Shown here piece by piece: positions 1 through 7,876 of a stretch of DNA of 33,185 bases. The stretch comes from Elusimicrobiota bacterium. Its GTDB lineage: Bacteria; Elusimicrobiota; Elusimicrobia; FEN-1173. Every line of letters begins with the position of its first letter. Positions within the stretch are counted from its first letter, which is position 1. A program made the position numbers and the translations under genes. The notes under the pieces were generated by a model that did not search any database, was not told the DNA's origin, and saw nothing but the letters and a program-made list of their open reading frames with translations. The stretch is from the NCBI GenBank assembly GCA_035332125.1, contig DAOQNO010000001.1, positions 1 through 33,185 on the forward strand, read 5' to 3'.

Positions 1-1440
1 ATGCCCGTTTGCCAGAGGCTGAAGGGTTTTTTGGCCGGCGGCGGCACGAGCACGCCGGTCAAAAAACCCTTCAGCCTCTGGCAAACGGGCATGGCTTTCC
101 TGGTTTTCGCGGGGGCGGCCTATTTCGGCTTCGACGCCGCGGCGGCGGGATCCGCCGGGCAAATGGTTTTGGGCGGTTTCGTGGGAATGCTGGGGTCCTG
201 GGGCTCCCTCTTTTACGGTCGCCATCTCGCCCTGGGGCTGGCGGCGGTCGCGGTGCGGCCCGGTTCCGGCGAACGGGCGACCTTGAATTTGGACGCGCTG
301 GCCGCCCGCCACGGCCTGGCCAGTCTGGAAGCGACGCGGGACTTGCCCGCGGGGGTATTCGCGGAAATTGAACCCGCCACGGGACGCGGGTTCATCGCTT
401 CCTGGCTTGTGACCCCCTGGTCCCGGGCCGACGCGGTTCGCGCCTCGGTTGTCGCGCTCGTTTTGACCCACGAAGCCCAGCGCCGTCGCCTGAGCCGTTT
501 GGAATTACTGCAAACGCCCGTTTTGTACTTGACCAAGCCCTTCTTCCGCGCCGGGACATTCTCGGCGGTTCGCGATCGATGGAAGGAAGGATTCCGAGCC
601 GCGTGGTCGGGGATGGGCGAATGGGCGCAAATGGGTTCGGGGTTGTTCAGTTACGCGACGAACGCGGGCGTCAAAGCGTTTCCCGCGGCGCCCGCGTTGA
701 TGGTGGCCGGCCCCGTGGCGGGCCTGGGCGGGTCTACTTTCCTCACCGACCTTTTGGGATTGGTCGCGGGTCCGACGGTCTGGAGCTTGCCCGATTCCCT
801 TCATTCCCTTCTGCGGGGCGGGGGGTTCCTGGGCGCGCCCGGGGTCGCGGAAAGCCGGAAAGGCGACGCGCTCGTGGTCAGTCTGCCCGAGGGGAAACTT
901 TCGCCGGCCGTGGGCCGGGCGCTCCTTCAATTCCTTTCCGGCATCGGCGCCCGCCTGGAATCGGACAACGGGCGGGCCCCCGTGCACGTGGAGCTGGTCA
1001 TCGGCGCCGCCGCCCCCTCCGCCGATCAGCGGGGGCAGCTGATGGCCGCCTTCCGCCAATTGGCCCAATCCGGCGGCGTTTCCAAGGACCTGCAGGATCG
1101 CCTGACCATCGACGTCACCCACCGGGCGCCCGAGGTTTTGAAAACCCGGTTGGGCGAATTGGCCCAGACCTCGAACATCAACGTTCTTTCCTCCGGCGAC
1201 GAAGCCCCCTTCTGGTTCGGCCTCGGGGTTCCTCTTCGGGTCTTCGCGGTGCGCCTGCTGGAGAAGTTGACCCAGGTGGAAGTCGAGGTGGTGTTCACCG
1301 GCGCGGAAGCCGAAGCCGTGGCCCGGTTGAGCGGCCAGCGGGTCGAAAACGGTCAATTGCGCTTGAAAGCCCTCGGTCGGCCCTTGGACATTTTGGACGC
1401 CGACACCCGGAAAATCGAGACGTTCAACCAACAGGCCTAG
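1..1440 (+). CDS. Hypothetical protein with a hydrophobic N-terminus. It may be 5'-truncated by the window edge.
   Basis: This is the only frame here with normal amino-acid composition; the overlapping ORFs (505..1551 -, 579..1574 +) are Arg/Gly/Pro-rich GC shadows. The N-terminal ~90 aa hold 2-3 hydrophobic segments (FLVFAGAAYFGF, MVLGGFVGMLGSWGSLF, LALGLAAVAV). I recognise no family motif. The ATG sits at window position 1, so the true start could lie upstream. Confidence 0.6.
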   Translation: MPVCQRLKGFLAGGGTSTPVKKPFSLWQTGMAFLVFAGAAYFGFDAAAAGSAGQMVLGGFVGMLGSWGSLFYGRHLALGLAAVAVRPGSGERATLNLDALAARHGLASLEATRDLPAGVFAEIEPATGRGFIASWLVTPWSRADAVRASVVALVLTHEAQRRRLSRLELLQTPVLYLTKPFFRAGTFSAVRDRWKEGFRAAWSGMGEWAQMGSGLFSYATNAGVKAFPAAPALMVAGPVAGLGGSTFLTDLLGLVAGPTVWSLPDSLHSLLRGGGFLGAPGVAESRKGDALVVSLPEGKLSPAVGRALLQFLSGIGARLESDNGRAPVHVELVIGAAAPSADQRGQLMAAFRQLAQSGGVSKDLQDRLTIDVTHRAPEVLKTRLGELAQTSNINVLSSGDEAPFWFGLGVPLRVFAVRLLEKLTQVEVEVVFTGAEAEAVARLSGQRVENGQLRLKALGRPLDILDADTRKIETFNQQA

Positions 1441-1509
1441 GACCCCGGGAGCCCCGAAATCCCGGGGGTGGACGGGGCCGTTTTCCTTGTTTTGTTCGGG
1501 GTCTTTTTT
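1441..1509 (+). terminator. Possible structured intergenic element or weak terminator after the first gene
   Basis: An inverted repeat ccccggga (1443-1450) / tcccgggg (1460-1467) starts just after the stop codon. In addition, gaccccg (1441-1447) can pair with cggggtc (1497-1503), which is followed by T6 (1504-1509). It is not a canonical compact terminator. Confidence 0.3.
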
Positions 1510-1517
1510 GCTACACT
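1509..1517 (+). promoter_or_regulatory. Candidate extended -10 element (TGcTACACT) upstream of the glycan locus
   Basis: The TGn + TACACT hexamer lies 54 nt upstream of ATG 1571, in the only sizeable intergenic gap before the operon. There is no convincing -35. Confidence 0.2.
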
Positions 1518-1570
1518 CCAAGGAGCCGGACGCCGCGGTCCCCGTCCACACTCATTGCTGAGAAGGGTAC

Positions 1571-2965
1571 ATGAAGCGACTCCTCCCCATCCTGGCTCTC
1601 CTTTGTCTCTGGGTTATTGCCCGCGCGGGCAAAAACCCCCTGCCGGAACCCGATCAGCAATCCCGGGTTTACCGATTCAAGCCCGTTCAATTCAAAACCA
1701 TTGATTCCTATTCCGATGAAAAACCCCTCTTAAACCAAATCGCCCGGGACACCTGGGGCTACTTCCGCGATTTGGTGGACAAACAGACCGGCATGCCCCT
1801 GGACAACGTGCTGATCGGCTCCACTTACACAAAAGTCAACAGCTACACCTCCACCACCAACATGGGGCTTTACCTCATGTGCCTGGTTTCCGCCGAAGAC
1901 TTCGGATACATAACGCGGACGGAAAGCCTCGCCCGGGCGCGGCGCCTTCTGTCGACGCTTCGGGAGGTGGACCATTGGGAAGGGCAATTTTTTAACTATT
2001 ACGAAACCATCACCACGGACGCCTCGTCGCGTTTCGTGTCCTCGGTGGACAACGGCTGGCTGGCCGCGGGGCTCATCGTGGCCCGACAAGCCTACCCCGA
2101 ATTGGAATCGGAAATCGATCCGATGCTTCGGCAAATGGATTTTTCGAAATTGTTCGATCCCGAGGCGGGTCAGCTCTATTTGGGATACGACGCCGACAAA
2201 AAGAAGCCCTCGGACTCCCATTACGGCTTGCTGTGCACGGAACCCCGTCTGGCCTCCTACATCGGCATCGCCAAGGGCGATTTGCCCCACGACCATTGGT
2301 ATCGGCTTTTTCGAACCCTCCCCCTGGATTGGGATTGGCAGAATCAAAAACCCAAGGGGAAAATCGTTGAAAAAGAAGGCGTTCCCGTTTTTTACGGCTA
2401 TTACGAGCGCAACAAAGTCCGTTGGGTGCCGTCCTGGGGCGGGAGCCTTTTTGAATTTTTGATGCCGACCCTCGTGTTGGACGAAGGCCGTCTATCGCCC
2501 AAGGGGTTGGGCGCCAACAACAAGATCGCCCTGGACGCCCAGATCCGCTATGCCCTCGAAGAACGGCGTTACCCGGTGTGGGGCCTTTCCCCCTGCGCCA
2601 CGCCCGACGATCCCCTGGGCTACAAGGAATACGGGGTTCCCTACTTGGGGGCCAAGGGCTACCGGGACGACGGCGTGGTCACCCCCCACGTGAGTTTTTT
2701 GGCCTTGTCCGTCGATGCGCCCCGGGCCATCGAAAACATTCGCCGTCTGGCGCGTTTCCGAAATTTCTATGGGGAATACGGATTTTACGACAGCATCAAC
2801 GTCAAGACGGGTCGAATTTCCCCGCGTTATTTGGCCTTGGACCAGGCCATGACGTTGGTGGCCCTGAACAATTACCTGAACAACGGCGCGATTCAAAAGC
2901 GGTTTTGGAGCCATTCCCTGATCCAGGCCCAATCCCGGCTACTCCGCGACGAGGTTTTTTTTTAA
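1571..2965 (+). CDS. Exported glucoamylase-like (alpha/alpha)6 glycoside hydrolase of DUF3131/GH144 type; candidate endo-beta-1,2-glucanase
   Basis: A purine-rich SD (GAGAAGGG, 1560-1567) precedes the ATG. The signal peptide is MKRLLPILALLCLWVIARA|GK. Motifs recalled from the 'glycoamylase'/DUF3131 family are present: NMGLYLMCLVSAEDFGYI, DNGWLAAGLIVA, WGGSLFEFLMPTLVL, YGFYDSINVKTG, LALDQAMTLVALNNYL. The family call is from memory, not from a search. Confidence 0.75.
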   Translation: MKRLLPILALLCLWVIARAGKNPLPEPDQQSRVYRFKPVQFKTIDSYSDEKPLLNQIARDTWGYFRDLVDKQTGMPLDNVLIGSTYTKVNSYTSTTNMGLYLMCLVSAEDFGYITRTESLARARRLLSTLREVDHWEGQFFNYYETITTDASSRFVSSVDNGWLAAGLIVARQAYPELESEIDPMLRQMDFSKLFDPEAGQLYLGYDADKKKPSDSHYGLLCTEPRLASYIGIAKGDLPHDHWYRLFRTLPLDWDWQNQKPKGKIVEKEGVPVFYGYYERNKVRWVPSWGGSLFEFLMPTLVLDEGRLSPKGLGANNKIALDAQIRYALEERRYPVWGLSPCATPDDPLGYKEYGVPYLGAKGYRDDGVVTPHVSFLALSVDAPRAIENIRRLARFRNFYGEYGFYDSINVKTGRISPRYLALDQAMTLVALNNYLNNGAIQKRFWSHSLIQAQSRLLRDEVFF

Positions 2966-2984
2966 GATATAACGGTCCGAATCG

Positions 2985-3755
2985 GTGATCCCCCGGACCG
3001 TTGGGGTTTTGACGCACCCCGACCCTGATCTTTCCGCGCCCTATTTCGTTGAAATTCTCGCCGGCCTTCGCCGGACTTTGGGAGCCATTCGCGTCAATCC
3101 GCCCCCGGGAACGCCGCTGACGGGCGTGGTCCGGGTGGCGCCGGAAGGAAAGGCGTCCCTGCCGGCGGGGTGGCGGCGACTCCCGACGGTGGTGGTCAGT
3201 GGCCGATCCGCGACGGCCCCTTCCTGGGACGTCGACAACGTGGTCTCGGCGCGGCGGCTGGTGGGTCTTCTGATTCGGCGCGGCCATCGGCGAATTGCTT
3301 TGATCAACGGAAAGTTGGACACGGCCAACGGGCGGGACCGCCGCCGGGGTTTTCGGCAGGCCCTGCGAAAAGCGGGGATTCGTCCGATCCCCGCCCTGGA
3401 AGTCGAAGGGCGCTTTGATCGAGAGCGCGGCCGTAAGGCCATGAAGTGGTTGTTGAATTTGAAACGGCCGCCAACCGCGGTGTTCGCGGCCAACGATGCC
3501 ATGGCCCTGGGGGCCCTCGAAGAATTACGATATCGGCGATGCCGGGGCGTGGCGGTGGCGGGGTTCGACGATGTCCCGGAGGCTCGGAGGGCGGGCTTAA
3601 CCACCGTTCGACCGCCTCTTCGTCGGCTGGCGGTCCAGGCGGGCCGGGCTCTTCGCCGGTGGGTTCAAAGGGACGAGCGCCCGGCGGCAAGGGCGATTGT
3701 GGTCCCGGCCCGGATCGTGATTCGAACGTCATCGATGAAACGTGTTGTTATTTAG
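2985..3755 (+). CDS. LacI/PBP1-family sugar-binding core domain protein lacking the N-terminal HTH
   Basis: It has the classic LacI core pattern: RTVGVLTHPDPDLSAPYFVEILAGL, then RRGHRRIALINGKLDTANGRDRRRGFRQAL, then AVFAANDAMALGALEEL...VAVAGFDDVPEARRAGLTTVRPP. The earliest possible start is GTG 2985, because an in-frame TAA lies at 2970-2972 and the upstream gene ends at 2965. That leaves no room for the ~60-aa HTH and hinge. Confidence 0.75.
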   Translation: MIPRTVGVLTHPDPDLSAPYFVEILAGLRRTLGAIRVNPPPGTPLTGVVRVAPEGKASLPAGWRRLPTVVVSGRSATAPSWDVDNVVSARRLVGLLIRRGHRRIALINGKLDTANGRDRRRGFRQALRKAGIRPIPALEVEGRFDRERGRKAMKWLLNLKRPPTAVFAANDAMALGALEELRYRRCRGVAVAGFDDVPEARRAGLTTVRPPLRRLAVQAGRALRRWVQRDERPAARAIVVPARIVIRTSSMKRVVI

Positions 3756-3783
3756 AAGCAAAGAACGAAAGTCAGGAGACGAT

Positions 3784-5733
3784 GTGAACGTCACGAAACG
3801 ACGTTGGATGCTGGTCGCCGCTCTGGCCGCCGCCGCCCCCTTGGGGGCCGCGGTGATTGATCCTTTTGAGTCCCTTTCGGGTTGGTCGACTTTCGCCGAT
3901 ACCGGGTCCACCGTGACTTTAAGCGCCGTCACGGGCGTCGCGGGCAACGCCCTTCAAATGAATTACGACATGACGGCCGGATCTTTTGTCGGCATCACCC
4001 GCACCTACAGTTCCCGGAATTACGCGGCCACGGGGGCCAACGCCCTCCGGTTCGCCTACCGGGCCTCGGGCCCCACCAACACGGCCCAAATCGAATTCGT
4101 CGACGCGGACAGCACCACCACGGTCTTGGCCGACGGCCTGGTTTACAAGTTTCCCGTGACCCCGGACAACACCTGGCGGGAACTCACCGTTCCCCTGACG
4201 GATTTCATTACCTTCGCCAACGGCAACTCTTCCTTCGATTTGTCCCAAACCGCGAAATTCAGCTTTGGCGTCACCAAAGACAACGGCTCGGCCGGGACCG
4301 GCACCGTTTATTTCGACGCGTTCCACTTGATCCGGGCGACCCAGCCCGTTTCCTTGATCGACGGCAGTGAAAATTCCATTCCCGGTTGCGTGGCCAATTC
4401 GGTTCTCAACACCTGCGTCAACGACCGCATCGGACCCCAGTCCATCATTTATTTCCAGAGCGCGGGGTCGGGATACTCCGCGGTCGTTTCGACGGTCACG
4501 ATGAAAGGGGCCAAAACCCGTGAACTCAAGTGCACCTTGGGCGGCGGGCAATTCTGCGGCGTGGCCGAGGAGCTGGGCGGAATGTCCCTCCGCGGCAACG
4601 AAAGCATTCGGTTTTACGCGGGTTCGAATTTCGGCGGTTCCTCCGTTAAAATGGAAGTGAAAGACGTGGCCAGCGTCACTTTCAGCACCACGGTCACGGG
4701 GCTCCCGGCGCCCCCGGCCAACTTTTCGACGTACACTTTTTCCGCGGCCGCCATCCAAGCGGCCCAGCCCGCCATCGACCTGAGCGCTCTCAAGGAAATT
4801 GTTTTTGTCTTTGACACCGCCGGCGCCCACGACCTTTATTTCGACGACCTGTCCATCGTTCCGCCCGCGGCGACTCTGGCCGACCTGTCCGTCGTGGAGG
4901 ATTTTGGGTCCGATCTGGCCGAAGGGAACTTCGTCACGGCGGCACCCACCCAGGCCACCGTGGGACTGTCCTACGTGGACGATCCGACGTCCTTGGGCGC
5001 CGGGGCCGACAACCGGGTGGCCAAGCTGGATTACAGCTTTGCCGTGGACCCTTCAACGCCCTTCGCCGTGGCGGAGCGGACGTTGGGCATCAACCTCCTG
5101 GCCGAGCCCGGTCTTCGCTTCCGGTTCAAAGGGACCGGGGGAAACGAAAATTTAGAGGTCAAAATCACCGACGGCGACGGAACGATCTACGTAAAGAAAT
5201 TGACCGAGGTGACGGACACCGGGGGGGTCTGGAAAACAGCCACCCTCAAAAGCGACCAGTTTTCCTTCAGCACGCTCGGCAGCGACGCGCGGTTGGATTT
5301 AAAGAACATTACGAAGGTGGACTTCGCGGTGTCTCTGGGCAAAGCGGCCGCGGGGACCTTGGCCTTGGACAATCTGGAATCCCTGCCGGCCACCGATTTT
5401 CAAAAAACGTCCATCGGACGCGTGTTGACCCAGGTGACCACCCCCAACAATCCCTTTTCCCCCAACGGGGACGGCATTAAGGACTCCTTCCGTTTAACCT
5501 ACACCCTCAGCCAAACGGCCCACGTGGTTCTCCGGTTTTACGCCCTGCACGGGGCTTTGATCAAAACCTTCGACGTCGGCGATCAAACGGCGGGGGACCA
5601 CGCCATCGATTGGGACGGCACCGCGGACGACGGGCGGCGGGTCGGCAACGGCCTGTGCCTGTTCTCCTTGGAGGCCGACGGAGCTATCGACGGGAAAGAC
5701 ACGTTTAAAGAAATCGCCGGGGTGCTCCGATGA
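3784..5733 (+). CDS. Secreted protein with 3 CBM-like beta-sandwich modules and a C-terminal FlgD-Ig/T9SS-like domain
   Basis: GTG 3784 lies 5 nt after AGGAG (3774-3778) and yields the signal peptide MNVTKRRWMLVAALAAAAPLGA|AV. Three ~160-aa modules each end in a '...G(T)-x-Y-F-D-x-(F/L)' strand (VYFDAFHL, LYFDDLSI, LALDNLE). The C-terminus (~5440-5730) has NPFSPNGDGIKDSF...VVLRFYALHGALIKTF...HAIDWDGTADDGRRVGNGLCLF. The ORF's maximal start, 3742, would overlap the upstream gene. Confidence 0.8.
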   Translation: MNVTKRRWMLVAALAAAAPLGAAVIDPFESLSGWSTFADTGSTVTLSAVTGVAGNALQMNYDMTAGSFVGITRTYSSRNYAATGANALRFAYRASGPTNTAQIEFVDADSTTTVLADGLVYKFPVTPDNTWRELTVPLTDFITFANGNSSFDLSQTAKFSFGVTKDNGSAGTGTVYFDAFHLIRATQPVSLIDGSENSIPGCVANSVLNTCVNDRIGPQSIIYFQSAGSGYSAVVSTVTMKGAKTRELKCTLGGGQFCGVAEELGGMSLRGNESIRFYAGSNFGGSSVKMEVKDVASVTFSTTVTGLPAPPANFSTYTFSAAAIQAAQPAIDLSALKEIVFVFDTAGAHDLYFDDLSIVPPAATLADLSVVEDFGSDLAEGNFVTAAPTQATVGLSYVDDPTSLGAGADNRVAKLDYSFAVDPSTPFAVAERTLGINLLAEPGLRFRFKGTGGNENLEVKITDGDGTIYVKKLTEVTDTGGVWKTATLKSDQFSFSTLGSDARLDLKNITKVDFAVSLGKAAAGTLALDNLESLPATDFQKTSIGRVLTQVTTPNNPFSPNGDGIKDSFRLTYTLSQTAHVVLRFYALHGALIKTFDVGDQTAGDHAIDWDGTADDGRRVGNGLCLFSLEADGAIDGKDTFKEIAGVLR

Positions 5734-6593
5734 ACCGCCGCTGGTCCTTTGCTTTCCTTTTGTTGGCCGCTCCCGCCCTGCGGGCGGCGTTCGAGCCCCT
5801 GGGGTACGGCGCCGCGGCCAAGGGCATGGGGGGCGCCTACGTGGCCTCCGCCGAAGACGGCACCGCCGCCTATTGGAACCCGGCCGGCCTGGCCCTGGTT
5901 CGTCAGCCGCAATTGACCGCTTCCATGGAAGACTTGTACGGATTGGGCCTCCTTCGCTACGCGGCCGTGGGTTATACCCATCCCCGGCTCGGCGGGGGAA
6001 CGCTGTCGGCCCATTTGCTCCATCTCGACACGACGGGCGAAGCCGATTTTTATAAATACGCCGAGAGCACTTACCTGGTGGCCTACGGCAAATCCCTCTG
6101 CCAGGACTGCCTGAGCGTGGGGGCGGGGCTCCGTTACTACGCCGCCCAGGGCGGCGGCGCCCGGGGGTCGGGCGTCGGCCTCGACCTGGGTCTTTTGTGG
6201 CGTCCCTTCGACGACCGCCTGCGCCTGTCGGCCGCTTGGCAGGACGCCAATCAGCCCTCCATTCGCTGGGACACGGGCGCCGAGGATCTCCAGCCCTACA
6301 CCGTCCGGACGGGCGCCTTGTTCCGTTTGACCACCACGACGGATTTGGCGGCGGAATGGGACAAGCGACGATTTGAGAAGGCCCAATGGCGGTTCGGCGG
6401 CGCCCAGCGATTGATGAAAAATCTGGTCACCTTCCGGGGCGGCCTCCACCGCGGGGGCGACCAGGAGCAATGGGGCTTTTCCGTGGGCGGCGGTTTCCAC
6501 TTCCGGACCTTTGATGTGGATTACGCCTGGGACAGCCAGGAAGCTCTCGGCAACACCCAAACCATGAGTCTCGGATTGAGGTTCGGCCAATGA
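5730..6593 (+). CDS. PorV/PorQ-like (UPF0164-like) outer-membrane beta-barrel protein
   Basis: The start overlaps the upstream stop as ATGA. The signal peptide is MNRRWSFAFLLLAAPALRA|AF. The N-terminal signature AAAKGMGGAYVASAEDGTAAYWNPAGLA matches the A-x-A-L-G-G-A...D(D/E)...NPA pattern of PorV/PorQ-type barrels. The rest shows alternating aromatic/Gly beta-strand periodicity and a C-terminal ...SLGLRFGQ. Confidence 0.7.
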   Translation: MNRRWSFAFLLLAAPALRAAFEPLGYGAAAKGMGGAYVASAEDGTAAYWNPAGLALVRQPQLTASMEDLYGLGLLRYAAVGYTHPRLGGGTLSAHLLHLDTTGEADFYKYAESTYLVAYGKSLCQDCLSVGAGLRYYAAQGGGARGSGVGLDLGLLWRPFDDRLRLSAAWQDANQPSIRWDTGAEDLQPYTVRTGALFRLTTTTDLAAEWDKRRFEKAQWRFGGAQRLMKNLVTFRGGLHRGGDQEQWGFSVGGGFHFRTFDVDYAWDSQEALGNTQTMSLGLRFGQ

Positions 6594-7876
6594 AAATCCT
6601 TCGTCCCGTTCTCGTCGGCGCGGTCCTGGTCGGAGCCCTCTCGATGGTTTCCACGGGCCTTCGCGCCGCGGGCCCCGTCCTCCTGCTCGACAATTTCGAT
6701 GAAGACAAGACCGAAAACGCCCTGGGCGGCGCCACCGGCGCCTGGATGGACCCCGAAGACAAAAGCCAGGGGTGCACCGCCTCGCGCGTCCAGCTGGACC
6801 GGCTGGGCTCCCTCGGGCGAAGCCTGCGACTTGATTTCGACATAGAAAGCCAACGGGAAAATATTCGGGTCCCCACGAATTTTTCCGTGGCCAGCCCGGC
6901 GGTCGCTTTGAACCAGGCCTTCAACGGTTATTACTCGGTGTTCCCGGCCCAGGACCTGCGCCCCTACAACTACTTGATTTTCTGGGCCAAGGGCGACGCC
7001 ACCGCCGGCTACACGCGTTCCTTTAAGATTGAAATCAAAGACGGTCTCAGCTCCGGCTACAAAGGATTTGTGATGGACGGATTGGGCACGGAATGGCGCC
7101 GGTTTGTCGTCCCCCTTCGGGATTTCGCCGACATCAAGGACTGGGGCGCGGTGAAGGAATTCGTGATCGTTTTCGCCGCCGACGCCGTGACGCGCAAAAA
7201 CGGCACTGTCTACATCGACGACGTGTATTTCGCCCAAAACCCCGACAACAATTTGACCCTCCCCGAACGGGAAATGACGGCCCGTCACGCCGAGAAACCG
7301 GTAACCCTGGACGGCAAGCCCTCCGAATGGCCCCGCCGGGATTTCATCGATTTGTCCCCTTCCGAATTCGTCGAATCCGGGGCCCGGGGGCTTCGGGACG
7401 CCGGGGCCCGCTTCGCCGTCCAGTGGGACGAGCAATGGCTTTATTTGACCGTTGATCTGGAAGACAACGAGATCCAAAACGGCGAAGAGGGCGAATCCCT
7501 GTGGAAAGGCGACGTGGTGGAGCTTTACGTCAACCCCACGGGTCCGGTTTTCACTTGGGGGGATCCGTCGGCGTTCCAGCTTGGTTTCTCCCCGGTGTCG
7601 GCTTCGGGCGTGCCGGGCCGGTGGGCGTGGTTTCAACGCCGGGCCCCCAAGGAAAACGAAGCCCGTTACGCCTGGGACAAAAAAAAGCACACAGCGGAAA
7701 TCGCCGTGGCCTGGTCGTTTTTGGGGGTCACCCCGGGCGTCAATCGGGACCTGGGTTTTTCCATCGCTTTTCACGACAAGGATTCCGCGGACGGAACGCC
7801 GGAAGCCAAGCTCCAGTGGAGTTTCCAGTCCCTGGGCGGTAAAAAAGCGCGACTTGGAAAGTTGGTGTTGAAATGA
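6590..7876 (+). CDS. Secreted carbohydrate-binding protein with an N-terminal CBM11/CIA30-like module and a C-terminal CBM9-like domain
   Basis: The start overlaps the upstream stop as ATGA, and a signal peptide ends ...STGLRA|AG. The N-terminal module reads LLLDNFDEDKTENALGGATGAW...YLIFWAKGD...FKIEIKD...WRRFVVPLRDFADI...VKEFVIVF...GTVYIDDVYF. The C-terminal part (~7262-7876) reads VTLDGKPSEWP...ARFAVQWDEQWLYLTVDLEDNEI...WKGDVVELYVNP...TAEIAVAWSFLG...GFSIAFHDKD, which fits a CBM9-like pattern. Confidence 0.75.
   Translation: MKILRPVLVGAVLVGALSMVSTGLRAAGPVLLLDNFDEDKTENALGGATGAWMDPEDKSQGCTASRVQLDRLGSLGRSLRLDFDIESQRENIRVPTNFSVASPAVALNQAFNGYYSVFPAQDLRPYNYLIFWAKGDATAGYTRSFKIEIKDGLSSGYKGFVMDGLGTEWRRFVVPLRDFADIKDWGAVKEFVIVFAADAVTRKNGTVYIDDVYFAQNPDNNLTLPEREMTARHAEKPVTLDGKPSEWPRRDFIDLSPSEFVESGARGLRDAGARFAVQWDEQWLYLTVDLEDNEIQNGEEGESLWKGDVVELYVNPTGPVFTWGDPSAFQLGFSPVSASGVPGRWAWFQRRAPKENEARYAWDKKKHTAEIAVAWSFLGVTPGVNRDLGFSIAFHDKDSADGTPEAKLQWSFQSLGGKKARLGKLVLK

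Noticed and set aside
2955-2963. T9 homopolymer at the stop codon of the hydrolase gene as a phase-variation switch
   Set aside because: A +/-1 slip would only change or extend the last few residues (the next stops follow within a few codons). It would not fuse the gene to the downstream LacI-like frame, so I see no obvious regulatory consequence. It is retained only as a possible source of sequencing error.
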